NCBI GenBank assembly: GCA_951804945.1
Contig: OX638154.1
Coordinates: 18,910,001 to 18,974,000, forward strand
DNA from: Podarcis cretensis
Taxonomy: Eukaryota
Direction of reading: 5' to 3'
Length of the DNA stretch: 64,000 nucleotides
The translations under genes were made by a program, and so were the position numbers. Shown here piece after piece: positions 24,595-37,403 of this stretch (the stretch's first letter is position 1; every line of letters begins with the position of its first letter). A model generated the notes under the pieces. The model had not been told where the DNA came from and did not search any database. It was given only the letters and a program-made list of their open reading frames with translations.

Positions 24595-25025
24595 GTTGTT
24601 GTTGTTTAGTCGTTTAGTTGTGTCTGACTCTTTGTGACCCCATGGACCAGAGCACGCCAGGCACTCCTGTCTTCCACTGCCTCCCGCAGTTTGGTCAAAC
24701 TCATGCTGGTAGCTTCGACAACACTGTCCAACCATCTCATCCTCTGTCGTCCCCTTCTCCTTGTGCCCTCAATCTTTCCCAGCATCAGGGTCTTTTCCAG
24801 GGAGTCTTCTTTTCTCACGAGGTGGCCAAAGTATTAGAGCCTCAGCTTCATGATCTGTCCTTCCAGTGACCACTCAGGGCTGATTTCCTTCAGAATGGCT
24901 AGGTTTGATCTTGCAGTCCACGGGACTCTCAAGAGTCTCCTCCAGCACCATAATTCAAAAGCATCAATTCTTTGGTCAGCCCTCTTTATAGTCCAGCTCT
25001 CACTTCCATACATCACTACTGGGGA
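24595..25025 (-). mobile_element. BovB (RTE) LINE, 5'-truncated 3' fragment
   Basis: Frameshifted peptides VVMYGSESWTIK..IDAFELWCWRRLLRVPWTAR and DSLEKTLMLGKIEG.RRRGRQRMRWLD; (CAA)n tail; TSD-like AAACA(G/A)CCATT. Confidence 0.93.
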
Positions 25026-25082
25026 AAACAACCATTACACACATAAAATAATAACAACCACAATACTGCTACTAATTGTGGT

Positions 25083-25480
25083 TTACATTTCTACTCTCTG
25101 ACCTTTAGAAAATAAATCATTTCCTATACCCCCTTTAAGTTTCGTTACATGAATTTGTAGAGCCTTAGCAAGAAAATAGGATGTTCTAAAGGATATATGC
25201 GTCTCTGCATCAGACAACAGAAAGCAGGGCTTTGCAGGAGATGGCCTTCCCTTCTGCGATCTTAACAGTGGGTGGATGTAGTTGTTTCTAAGATAAAGAG
25301 GGCATTCAAGGAGTACATGAGTTGCGACTTCTATTGACATAGAGTTGCAGCCACAAACTCTGTCCTCCTTAGAATCTCCTTTATGTCAGCCCGTCCAATC
25401 TTCTCATGGAAGGATGTTTAGTCTTGCCGGCATATAGGCTACCCTCTTTTTAACATCTACCAGATAGCTTGGCAGGGATT
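25083..25480 (-). mobile_element. Degraded non-LTR retrotransposon C-terminus with CCHC knuckle (RTE-X-like)
   Basis: Minus-strand translation ARLNILP*...DRVCGCNSMSIEVATHVLLECPLY; in-frame stops. Confidence 0.65.
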
Positions 25481-25484
25481 AATA

Positions 25485-25853
25485 CAGTGGTACCTTGGGT
25501 TACATACGCTTCAGGTTACATACACTTCAGGTTACAGACTCCGCTAACCCAGAAATAGTACCTCGGGTTAAGAACTTTGCTTCAGGATGAGAACAGAAAT
25601 CGTGCTCCAGCGGCTAAAGTGGTGCTTCAGGTTAAGAACAGTTTCAGGTTAAGAACAAACCTCCGGAACGAATAACCACTTCAGGTTACAGACTCCGCTA
25701 ACCCAGAAATAGTACCTCGGGTTAAGAACTTTGCTTCAGGATGAGAACAGAAATCGTGCTCCATTAGCTAAAGTGGTGCTTCAGGTTAAGAACAGTTTCA
25801 GGTTAAGAACAAACCTCCGGAACGAATTCAGTACTTAACCCAAGGTACCACTG
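25485..25853 (+). mobile_element. Tigger/TcMar-type MITE with a ~154-bp internal tandem duplication
   Basis: TA-flanked TIRs; block cacttcaggttacagactccgc... occurs at about 25523 and 25677. Confidence 0.9.
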
Positions 25854-25964
25854 TACAATGAAATGAAGGGAGCATACAATTTATTAGATTGACAAGTCTT
25901 GATCTCAGCAGTCCATGATTGCCTCTTGGTACCTCTCAGCCTTTGGAGTGTTAGTTCTTTAAAA

Positions 25965-26328
25965 AGGTAAAGGTAAAGGTACCCCTGCCCGTACGGGCCA
26001 GTCGTGTCCGACTCTAGGGTTGTGCGCCCATCTCACTTAAGAGGCCGGGGGCCAGCGCTGTCCGGAGACACTTCCGTGTCACGTGGCCAGCGTGACGAAG
26101 CTGCTCTGGCGAGCCAGCACCAGCGCAGCACACGGAAACGCCGTTTACCTTCCCGCTATAACGCGGTACCTATTTATCTACTTTCACTTAGGGGTGCTTT
26201 CGAACTGCTAGGTGGGCAGGAGCTGGGACCGAAGGACGGGAGCTCACTCCACCGCGGGGATTTGAACCGCCGACCATGCGATCGGCAAGTCCTAGGCACT
26301 GAGGTTTTACCCACAGCGCCACCCGCGT
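25965..26328 (-). mobile_element. Sauria SINE, second subfamily
   Basis: (AAAGGT)n start; diagnostic cccgtacggg and gtccggagacac motifs shared with the 4098 copy. Confidence 0.92.
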
Positions 26329-27866
26329 TATAGCGGGTATTAGTTTTTTAGCTCTCTCAAAATCCTGCATCACAGAAACAGAAAGATGTGCTGCTGCTGC
26401 TGCTGCTGAAGAAGCAATATACTACAGGCATCAACCATTTCACATGGGGGGTTCCATGCCTAGCCCCCATGTGCATCAGCAGAACGTGTTCCACTCCATT
26501 CCATCTCCATTCCTCCCTCTTCCAGGTCCAAAAGGACCTGCACGTCAGCATCCACACATCAATTGGATGCACCCATAATGATCACCTCCTGTACTCAACG
26601 CCAGTTTTTGGAGAGCAGCAGCAGGATATGGCAGTTGCCTTCAAGCCCTTCTTGTGTGCTTCCTGAAGGCTTCTGACTGATGATCTAGCAGGGCTCTTCT
26701 TATGCTCTTAGGGATGCCTTCTCAAGTGGTGTCCTTCACATCATCCAGAGTAACCATCCTTAAGATGCAGCCAGTCCTTTAGGCACTTCTGTATCTTTGT
26801 GTTCAGAAAAGAATGTGTCATGACCTACCCACCACCCTTCTCCTTCACCAGACTAGATGCATAATATGAGGTGTGTCTTGTTTGCAAACCCCGGCGGCAG
26901 AAGGATGTCCTTTATACTTGGAAGCACCATTTTCAAACATCTTACAATTGGAGGTCCTGCACAGGTGGAGCACTTAATGCTAGTTCATTCAAATACAGGC
27001 AGATTTAGAGCTGTCCATGGCAACTTTTCTTAACAGCACAGTTTGACTTAGCTTGCATGTTTCCTACCAGAATGCTGATGAGCAGCTCTGAGGGCAAGCA
27101 AAGCCACAAGAAACCCACTGTGAGTGGATTGTGCATCCTCCTTCTCGGTGACACTGTCACTGCTAATTTCCTCTTTCAGATGGCTGAGGCTAAGAAAAGA
27201 CCCACATTTTTTATGAAAGAAAGAAGAAAGTATGCCAGCACTTGGAGGGGAAAGCATGCTTGCTTATCTCTCCATTTCACTCTGATGACTCATGGGGACA
27301 TGTACACCCTAGCTGTACTTTCACTCATCACAAGACCAGACCAGCCTCGCTGCTTAGTTAACACTAAGAAAAAAGAAAAAAAGCAGTGATTATGATGTGG
27401 GCAGTGGTCTTATATACTGCAAAGTCCTCTGGGGGATGCTGCATATTTTTGAACGAAGTACATTGCATGCCTTGCAGCCTCGCTCCCCAAGGGTCAGGCC
27501 ACTATTACCAGAGCTAGGCTGCACAATTTACCCTTGATTGTGAATTCAAGTTATAGCCCCTTATAGGATTGTATGTTAATTTATGTGGGAGGAAGTAAAG
27601 AGGTGAATGTGGGAATACTGCAGGTGTGAGGATCAATGCTTGCTGCTTCCCTCTGGTGACCCAGAATATTATTGAGAATAAACAGGGCTGGCATTAGTAC
27701 TCAGCATTGCCAGGCATCCGGGCAGGGCCCCAGCAGCCCAGCAAGAGCTGTGGTGGCATCTGGATCTTGGAACTCCCCATGCTCATTATTCAGAGTGACC
27801 TCATTGCTCTAGGGAAGTGGCAGCCCACAAAGACCTAGAATGGTGTTGCATCAGAGGCATGATGGG

Positions 27867-28194
27867 CAGTGCCGGATTTACGTATAAGCTAAACAAGCTA
27901 TAGCTTAGGGCCTCACTCTCTTGGGGGCCCCAAAAAAATTAAAGGAAAAAAACCTGGATGCACATTTCCAAAATAAAAAAACAAATAAAATAAAACCTAC
28001 ATAAAGCAACAGTGTAGGCTCCTATTTGTTATGTGGAAATGGCTTTAGATACCTATTAGGTCCATAAATTAACATATATATTCAACACACACAAAAACAG
28101 TGAAAATTTGTTGTTGACAAAGGACAGCTGGACATATAAAGGGCCTCATTACCTTCAGTAGCTTAGGGCTTCATCAAACCTAAATCTGGCCCTG
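27867..28194. mobile_element. hAT MITE
   Basis: TIR cagtgccggattta / taaatctggccctg; perfect 8-bp TSD ATGATGGG. Confidence 0.9.
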
Positions 28195-28231
28195 ATGATG
28201 GGCAATCACAATGGTAGGCAGTTTGCAGCTA

Positions 28232-28473
28232 CAGAAGTATCTCAGTTTTTGAACGTCTCCGTTGACGAACATTTTGGTTTTCGAACGCCGTAAACCTGGA
28301 AGTAAATGCTTCAGTTTTCAAACATGCCTCGAAAGTCAAACATGCCACATGGCTTCTGCTGAGTGCAAGATCCTGAGGCCTAGCTGTCAGCTATTGAGTT
28401 TTCGGTTTTCGAAGGTTTCAGAACTCAAACAGTCTTCCGGAACAGATTATGTTCAAAAACAAAGGTACCACTG
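28232..28473. mobile_element. Degenerate TcMar-type MITE
   Basis: TA-cagaagtatctc...aaggtaccactg ends. Confidence 0.6.
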
Positions 28474-30171
28474 TGCTTGGCACATCTGACAGCACTGATC
28501 CTCTGTTGCAAGCAGGTTAGCCAACCAAAAGATCCACCAGTTTAGACACAGCAGAGAACACTGTGCTGGCATGGGTCTCAAACCTGGAGCCAGCCTTGAG
28601 AACTGAGTCTTCTCCTATCTGCACAGTTCTATCCTGGGTTTTGTTTCTTGGACTCACAGGAAAGTGACAGAGCATTGCCAACAGGCTTCTGTGTAAGTGG
28701 ATAGCTTAGTTACAGAAAAGTCATATGGGTAGTGAAAATCTCAAATGAATTCAATCTTCATTCCACACCACATTGATGTTGAGAGTTGATGCAGTGCCCC
28801 TAGCTAAGAGGGTGAGCTTTGCAAGTCCATAGTCAGAATCTCAGCTCAGCCTTAAATTTACTGGGTGACCACAGGCAGTCCATTATCTTTCAATATCAAC
28901 CCTCTTCCTTGTCCTCTGTAATGGGGGATAATGTCTGTCTGTCTTATAGGTTGTGGAGTGGGTGCATGTGCAGTGTTTTGAACATGGGATGGAGAGTTTT
29001 TCCTCATCTCCTTGCCTCTCCCTCTCTACACCCTATGCTCGAATCATTGCTTCAAGCAAAGCTTAAGGCCTGGCCAAGACTGAACTTCCAAACTCAGCCC
29101 CTGTTCCCTCATACCAGACACAGCCCCCAAGCCATGAAAAAGGAAAATCAAAGGCAACAAGCAGTGAATGCCTTTGATGGTGCAGATATGTGTCCATAAG
29201 TCCATAAGTCCATATATGGAACCTCTGGAAGTTTCTCCTAGGTCACTTCTAAATTTATCAGAAAAGTATAATTTCTAAGTTCTGAGTGCCTACTGGAGCA
29301 GAGAGAGCGAGAAAAAGTTAGGTTATCCTTCCACATCATAGGGACCTAAAACCTGAAAGTGCAGTAGGTTCTCAGTTTGCCATATATCAATCTTGCGCCT
29401 TGAAAATAACTGACCCTTGCTGTGTTGACTTGACCACACTACATATTAATGAGATCAGCAAGCAGCTTATAAAAAGACACAGTCATTCTAAGCCTGGCAC
29501 AGGAAATGATGGAAGGAAGTGAACTCTGGGGGACTGGGAGTTTGCAAGCTGGAGAACTAGCAGCCACTGAATAAAGCAATTGTTTTCAGGAGACCTGTGT
29601 GTGCACTGCACATGTAGCATGTTTATTTATGCCCATCTGCAAATGATGCATAGTGTGTTGAGTTGCACATTGCGCACTTAAACAAATGTTGCAATGATTT
29701 AGCTGCTTACCCGCTCCTCCAGGTGGGTGGATGGGAGTAACAATTGCTTCTGGGGAAGTGTAACCCTTTTGGCCATGTCTGGATTCCTAAGTTACTGCAT
29801 CAGCTCTCAAATACCGTGTGCTGTGGAGTCATTTGTCATTTTCGCTAACCGGTGATACTTTAGTTAACTACTGTGTCTATTTATATAGAAGCCAGTTTCC
29901 ATTGTTCAGTCACACTCCTGCTTGACCAAGAAAGAAAACCCAGGATAGGCCTGTATAATAAATAGGATAGCTCTGAATGACTGGGGATAAGTATGGCTTT
30001 CACACCAGCGACACCCCTGGTGCACTCAAATATGTGAATGCTGGCCATTCACTTTTCTATGGAAGAGTAGAGAGCTGCATTTAAAGAGACTGCCCTCTAT
30101 GCCTGTCCTCTTTCCATGTGAACAAGCTGCATGACCCTCAGTGTGGTGCAAGGTTCTGTTCTGAATGCACG

Positions 30172-30217
30172 GGCACGCACGCACGCACGCGCACACACAC
30201 ACACACACACACACACA
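30172..30217. repeat. (GCAC)n(CA)n microsatellite
   Basis: Direct reading. Confidence 0.95.
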
Positions 30218-30347
30218 GATGTGCAGGAACAGTACCTGCCACAATGAGTGGCCTGGCAAGCTGCAGTGTAGTCATAGAATCATAGAATTGCAGAGTTGGA
30301 AGGAATTCAGAAAGTAAAGAACTGTGGATTCTTCATTTGTCTGCTAT

Positions 30348-30586
30348 AGCCAGTGTGGTGTAGTGGTTAAGAGCGGTAGTCTCGTAATCTGGGTTCGCGT
30401 CTCCGCTCCTCCACATGCAGCTGCTGGGTGACCTTGGGCCAGTCACACTTCTCTGAAGTCTCTCAGCCCCACTCACCTCACAGAGTGTTTGTTGTGGGGG
30501 AGGAAGGGAAAGGAGAATGTTAGCTGCTTTGAGACTCCTTCGGGTAGTGATAAAGCAGGATATTAAATCCAAATTCTTCTTCTTCT
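30348..30586 (+). mobile_element. tRNA/CORE SINE (Squam3-like)
   Basis: A box, B-box-like gggttcgcgtc, CORE, (CTT)n tail; matches 7037-7294. Confidence 0.88.
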
Positions 30587-32604
30587 ATATATAAACAATA
30601 TTCACTTAGTCCAGTCCAATATAATAACACCCAATAAAGCCACTTTCTGTGAACAAACTTTATCTTCAAACCTCAATTCCAAATATCATAATTTCTTTTT
30701 CATGCAGGGCTCTTCTTAGGTTCTTACAACAGCTTTCCTTAACTAATATTTTCATATCTGCCCTATTCTTTTGACACTTTAGTTTGTTTTGACTTTGTAT
30801 TTGTAAACTGTTGCGACGCGCTTTGAGATCTCATTGTGGAGGGTGGGAAAGGGTGGGTAATTATTTCAATAATAATAATTGATCATTATGCACAATCTTC
30901 CCTCATCTCTGTCGACATCATGGACCAGTGCAGGGCTTAATGAAATGCTCTGCATGTTCTGGACTACAGGGATTAGAAGTGCTAAAACAGCATTTCTGGT
31001 CCCTATATTTATGACTGTCTGGATCTGCTCCCAGATCCGCTATATTCCAGGGCATGGCAGAACGATGGAGCTCTGGTATGTGGGGGCGAGGAGAATAATA
31101 AGGCAATGGAGGAACATGTAGACTCTCTTTCCAAGGTCAGACATACAATGCTATCATCACCGTGGATAGATATGCAACGCCGTGACACTAGGCAGCATGA
31201 GATTTATTTATTTTTTACCTTTTCGTTGTGGCCTCTAGTGTACTTGGCAGCAAGGAAAAGCTTTCCTGTAATGCAGCCAGCAAGTGTCAGAAGGAGAACG
31301 GGGGAATCCCAGAAAAATATTGCAAAACTTTGGGGGAGGGGGGTCATATTATGAAGACAAACATATTTTTTTAAAAAAAAGAGTGGCCGTGGAAACTGTG
31401 TTGCCATAGCTGAAAGAGAATCACTGAGACAGGGTGGAATCCAGTGTTTTGGAAGGTCTCCCCGCATGACACATGGTTTTGGAATCTTGCAGCTGGTAAG
31501 CAAGCCCTCATTAACAAAGGCAGCTACTACTGGCCTAGATTCCCTGGCTAGCTTTCCACTATGGGGGCGCCTAGAAACAAGCCTGTCTGTGATTACCCAG
31601 CTTTGCAACGTGTTTGCTTAAAGACAATGATTGCTTTTTAATTCATTTGTCTTGGAACGGACAAAAGGCAGAGGCAGGGAGAGGGACCATCTTCTATCAC
31701 CTGTTGAAAGTTAATTGATCACATTAAAAAACCTGGCACAAGGACTGGAATTCCCTCTTCTCCCACTTAGTCATCCCATCCTGGCATGACTCATTTTATT
31801 ACACGGAGGCTCCCAGTGGTTTTATTTTGAGTGGAGCTTTTGTTTCGTGAAGTGTTGGTGCATTTTATTCTTTAGATTTTCGCTAAGTATATTTCCATGA
31901 ATTGGCAAAAAGACATTAGTCAAAAGCAATGCTGGAACTGCATTGGCCCCTGCTGTTTCACTACTCAGCTACTGTTGTTATGTTTCGTGGTGGCTTTAGC
32001 TGAATTTTTCAAACAACTGGCCGAGGGAGGAAGCGCCTTTAAACTCGTTCTCTTGGTACAAAATGTCAGTTTTGGGGCTGGGCTACAACTTGGATGACTA
32101 ACGCCCCTGGCCCTTTCCCAACCAGATCTTGACATACATCTTTGGCCTCCATGAATCATCTTTGACTTCTCTCTCAGCGAAATTAAAGCATTGGCCACAG
32201 CTCAACATCAGACCAGCTTAATTGGCTATAATGGGCCAGTCTCTTGACCTACATGAATCAAACAAGCCCACCTCAGGACCCAGTCCTTCTGAAGAAATAA
32301 AACAGTCTGTTGGCTCACCAACATCAAATTCTTTTAAGCTGCAGTAGCTTCTCTAAAGTTACAGAGTTACTTCTTGTAGGGCAAGAAAGAAGGGGAACAT
32401 AAGAACTGCTATGCTGGATCAAATCAAAATTCTGTGCAATCCAGAACTCCTGCCTTCCACAGCCACCACTCTCGGAAATGTGAGAATCAGAGCATGATGG
32501 ATATGAACAACTCTGTTCATACATCATGGATGGCTAATTGCACCTAACTGGTGACTCTGGGTAGAGATTCACTTCTTTATATGAACTGAAAGATGCAACC
32601 ACAT

Positions 32605-32854
32605 TCTTAGTAGTGGTGCCCACCCTATGGAAGGCCCTCCCATCAGATGTCAATGAAATAAACAACTATCTGACTTTTAGAAGACATCTGAAGGCAGCCC
32701 TGTTCAGGGAAATTTTTAATGTTTGATGTTTTATTGCTTCTTCTTCTTCTTCTTCTTCTTCTTCTTCTTCTTCTTCTTCTTCTTCTTGTTGTTGTTGTTT
32801 CGAGCCGCCCAGAGTGGCTGGGGAAACCCAGCCAGATGGGTGGGGTATAAATAA

Positions 32855-32900
<46 letters not shown>
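32605..32900 (+). mobile_element. L2 LINE 3' end with (CTT)n and (ATT)n microsatellites
   Basis: ccctatggaaggccctccc...gagccgcccagagtggctggggaaacccagccagatggg...tataaataaa(tta)n. Confidence 0.75.
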
Positions 32901-32901
<1 letters not shown>

Positions 32902-35114
32902 CCAGCCTGTTCAGTGGGGCCTGGATAAGGCTTGCAATGAAGGCGAACGTCAGAATGAACTGTGCACCCGAGGGACTGATTTTGTATAAGGCTCATAAGA
33001 AAGTTGCCTTGCACTGAGTCAGACCATTAGGTCAGACCAAATTCTGTAATTCCTGCTGATGTGACTCAGAGGAATTTCATCAGCTGCAGTTGACATTTCT
33101 CCCTCAAAGATGACCGAAGTCTTGCTCACACTTTGTGGTACCACGCTGTCGCCCTGATCCTAAACCCCCATATAGTTTCACAGGTATTTGTGTGTGTGGA
33201 ATTGTGTGTCCAAAATTACCCAGGTTTCACTGTGGAAATGCCTTCAAGTTGTGGAGCAAAAGTACTGATGCATTTGGAGAGTAGCTAAGGTATGTTTCTA
33301 GATGAGTTAAGGCCAGCTCTGAAATCTGGTGGCAAAACAGCTGGTCCGCCCTTCCCCATCTCTACTACTGCTCTGCAAAATACTTCATAGTCTGTTACTG
33401 TTACCTTTGCAAAAGCTATGTTCACCATTACTCCCATTTCATGGATGAGGAACTGAGGCCAAGAAGATGGGCCTCAAGCCAGTTTAACTAAACACCAGTT
33501 GGGAGCCTTGCCCCAGTGGCTTCTGTGAGAGGTGGATTGTACCCATAGCAAATTTTGGTCCAGGGCCATAAAGGAAGACTCTGACAGAGGTGGGACTTCG
33601 ATCCAGATTGGTCTCCCTCATTGAGGCTCCGATTTGTATTGTTTGGAGCAGATGGGCTATTGGAAGCTGCAAGCAGACAGCTCCTCCACAATGCGTTCAG
33701 TAAACGTTACTTACTTTGGACATTTCATTTGACAGCCTGTCAAGTCTCTGCTGTGAAAACCTCAGAGTGAGCTTGTGAGAAATGCAACGAGAATTTCCCA
33801 AACCTCTCAGTCCATCTCTCATGCCAGCTCAGCTAAGCTGCGGCAGAACCTACGTTTTTACTGCCATTTCACAAACCCGTAGTAATGAGTAAGGGACCGT
33901 GAGCAATGTGTACAGGCTCGGCGGACCCTTTATTTGGCTAATTAAGCCAAACAACTCTGAGGGTACTGTAGCAGATCAAGCAGGATTTACCTAATGCAGA
34001 CTGACATCTTGACTTCCCCCAGAGTTTGGCACAAAACTTGTGGTCCGATCACAGCTCGGGATAGACGGGATAGAATTACACTTTTTCTTAAAAACTCCTT
34101 TCTTTCTGTAGAGAGTTGCTGACACCATCAGATCTGGTGCTGGAGCTTAATTTCATATTAAGTCTCCCAGTGCCAAAAGACGTTGCTATACTGTAGTATG
34201 GAGTTAGAAGTGTTGCCCAACAAAGGCTGGCTTGACGTGTACTTAGTGTGCCACAGTCTGATTTTTTGGGTAGGTATAATGGTTCTCACCACACTTACAA
34301 GTGTGCCTTGTGTGTTCCAAGTATATATTCCAGTAATGAACATCTGAAAGACAGACATGAGCCCCATGCATACCAAAACCCAGGGGCTTTTAGGGCATAT
34401 CCATACCACAAACCTACAATGGGTTTAGAACACATTCGTCCACCAGTTATATCTATATTCTACTTTTTAGCTAAGATTTGTTCTTAAGAGTGGCTTGCAA
34501 TTAAAATCCACACAAAGGACACAATCAAAACATTTCTACATAATTCATAAGATCCAAAATAAAGATACAAAAAATCAGCAATGGTAACCCTCTAAACAAT
34601 ACCCAAGCCCAAGAGTCTGTTCAGCAGCTTCAGCTTTTGTAGTTGGAGTCAGTCTGGGTTCTGCCAGGTGGGGAAAGGCCTGCAAGTGAGGGAGAAGTTC
34701 TACTAGGATTTATAGCTAAGGTGAATATATCATTGTTATATTGGCTGTCATATAGTGGTACTGATTTTTCTGTTAGCCAATTTGGGTTTCCTTTTGGGAA
34801 AGAAAAGCAGGTTATACATGGAACGAAAGGTCCCAGCCCACACAAGCATCCCATTTGCTTATTTTATACCAGTCTGATGTCATTTGTTTATTTCAACTTT
34901 TTGTACCCAAATTTTCCCCCAGTCCCTCAGGGTGGCTCGCATCACCACTTAAATTTACAACAGTTACAACATCCCACTTTCTACATGCAGTAGAACCAAG
35001 CAAACTAATTAGTCAGCCATATACCTTGAAACAAAATCTGAACGGCAGCAAAATAAGAACCAAAGAACAGGAGTTTCTAGACAAACCTCTTTGGAGGAAA
35101 GGGCACAAGGAATT

Positions 35115-35280
35115 GCCTTATACTAAGTCAGGCCACTGATCTGCGCAGCTCAGTACTGTTTGTACTGACAGTAGTTCTCTGGGGTTTCAGAGGTAGAATC
35201 TTTCCTGGAAATGCTTGGGACTGAACCCAGCACCTTCTGCATGCAAAGCAGATGCTGTACCACTGAGCTGTGGCCCTTCC
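35115..35280 (-). mobile_element. tRNA-Ala-headed SINE with CR1-type tail
   Basis: Reverse complement ggccacagctcagtggtacagcatctgctttgcatgcagaaggt...ggttcagtccc resembles tRNA-Ala(TGC). Confidence 0.7.
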
Positions 35281-35312
35281 CCAAAGGGGAACTACAGAAA
35301 GGGGTTCTTAAT

Positions 35313-36050
35313 AATATTAATAATAATAAATTTTTATTTATATCCCGCCCTCCCCAGCCGAAGCCGGGCTCAGAGCGGCTAGCAACATTAAAATGATACA
35401 ACATTCTAAAATCATTTCATTATAAAATCAATTCAGATCAGATTAATGGCAACCATTGGGCTAGAGTTCTGTAAGGATTGCCAAAGGAGGGGGTCAGGCT
35501 GTGCCCTGACCAAAGGCTTGGTGGAACAGCTCTGTCTTGCAGGCCCCGCAGAAAGATGGCAAGTCCGGCAGGGCCCTAGTCTCTTGTGACAGAGCGTTCC
35601 ACCAGATTGGAGCCACAGCCGAAAAAGCCCTGGCTCTGGTTGAGGCCAGCCTAACCTCTCTGTGACTCGGGATCACCAAGATGTTTTTGTTTGAAGACAG
35701 TAAAGTCCTCTGTGGGACATACCAGGAGAGGCGGTCCCGTAGGTACGAGTGTCCTGATCCTGTACCCCACCGGGAACCAGTGTAGCTGGTATAGCATCAG
35801 GTGAATGCGAACCCACAGCGAGGACCCTGTAAGGAGTCTCGCCGCGGCATTCTGCACCCGCTGGAGTTTCTGGGTCAGTCTCAAGGGCAGCCCCACGTAG
35901 AGCGAGTTACAATAATCCAGTCTGGAGGTGACCGTCGCGTGGATCACAGTGGCTAGGTCAGGGCGAGAGAGGTAAGGAGCCAACTGCTTAGTTTGGCAGA
36001 GATGAAAAAATGCCGCCTTTGTTATAGCTGCAGTCTGCACCTCCATGGAA
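35313..36050 (-). mobile_element. L2 LINE 3' fragment
   Basis: ORF 35651-36091 AAFFHL...VIHATVTSRLDYCNSLYVGLP..LQRVQNAAARLL...LHWFPV is typical L2 ORF2; 3' stem-loop and A/T tail near 35313-35380. Confidence 0.92.
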
Positions 36051-36278
36051 AGGAGCCTCTTCTCCTTTGTATTAACAATTGGTGTTCTCATAGCTACTCC
36101 CCACCCCCAAGAATCCTAGCAATTGCATTGTGATGAGAGTGCTGAGAATTCTGTTAGAGGTTACTTGCCTCCGTCCTTACAGAGTTACAGTTCCCTGGGA
36201 AGAAGGAACGGCTCTTAAACCAATTTGTCTATTATGTGCAAGTCAGCCTTAGGTTTTGTAACAGATAAATCCTAGCTA

Positions 36279-37095
36279 CCGTATTTTTCGCCCTATAGGA
36301 CGCACTTTTTCCCCTCCAAAAATGAAGGGGAAATGCGTGTGCGTCCTATGGGGCGAATGCAGGCTTTTGCTGACGCCTGGAGAGCGAGAGGGGTCGGTGC
36401 GCACCGACCCCTCTCGCTCTCCAGGCTTCAGGAGAGCCGCAGCGCCAGTCCCACAAGGGCGGGGGACAGCGGGGAGGCGGAACGCCGCCCTCCCGCTGTC
36501 TCCCAATGTGGTTTGGAGGCTGACGGCGGGGAGACGCGTGCTTCTCCCGGCCGCCAGCCCCGCAAGCTCTGGGGACAGCTGGGAGGCACAGCGCGTCCTC
36601 CCGCTGTCCCCGGACCTGATCTGCAGGCGGGCGGCGGGGAGAAGAGCGCTTCTCCCCGCTGCCTGCTCCGCAAGCTCTGGGGACAGCTGGGAGGCACAGC
36701 GCGTCCTCCCGCTGTCCCCGGACCTGATCTGCAGGCGGGCGGCGGGGAGAAGAGCGCTTCTCCCCGCTGCCTGCTCCGCAAGCTCCGGGGACAGCTGGGA
36801 GGCGCAGCGTGTCCTTCCGCTGTCCCCGGACCTGATCTGCAGGCGGGCGGCGGGGAGAAGAGCGCTTCTCCCTGCTGCCTGCCCCGCAAGCGCCTGGGAT
36901 AGTTGGGAGGCGCAGCGCGTCCTCCCTCTGTCCCCGGACCTGGTCTGCAGGCGGGCGGCGGGGAGAGGAGCGCTTCTCCCCGCTGCCGGCCCCACAAGTG
37001 CCTGGGGGGGAAATAAAAATTTTTTCCTTTGTTTCCCCCCCAAAAAACTTGGTGCGTCCTATGGGCCGGTGCGTCCTATGGGGCGAAAAATAGGG
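36279..37095 (+). mobile_element. TcMar-type MITE carrying a GC-rich tandem array
   Basis: TA-ccgtatttttcgccctataggacgcac...gtgcgtcctatggggcgaaaaataggg-TA. Confidence 0.9.
36452..36992. repeat. Five tandem ~108-bp units, each with two hairpins
   Basis: Unit starts at 36452, 36561, 36669, 36777 and 36885; the inner units are near-identical. Confidence 0.92.
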
Positions 37096-37271
37096 TACTT
37101 TGTCGATGATGTATTATATCAGCAAAAATTGCTTTGCAAGAATATGTTAGGGAGAATTGCTTACCAAAACGTGTGTATTAGGAGAAATTGAATTTTCACG
37201 AGGACTTTCTTAAAAAACCATTCCACAAACTGATTCGGAAGCGTGGAGACTGCCTTGGAATGGGTTTAGAT

Positions 37272-37403
37272 CAGTGTTTCCCATACTTGGGTCTCCAGCT
37301 GTTTTTGAACTACTCTTCCCATCATCCGTGACCACTGGTCCTGCTAGCTAGGGATGATGAGAGTTGCAGTCCCCATCTGGAGACCCATGTTTTGGAAACA
37401 CCG
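37272..37403. mobile_element. Fold-back hAT MITE
   Basis: cagtgtttccc...ggaaacaccg inverted ends; the internal catcatcc...ggatgatg core is shared with 17811. Confidence 0.7.

Noticed and set aside
36276-37191. Four overlapping 189-289 aa ORFs with 36-aa repeats
   Set aside because: They arise from a GC-rich 108-bp tandem array inside a TA-flanked MITE; no transposase motifs.
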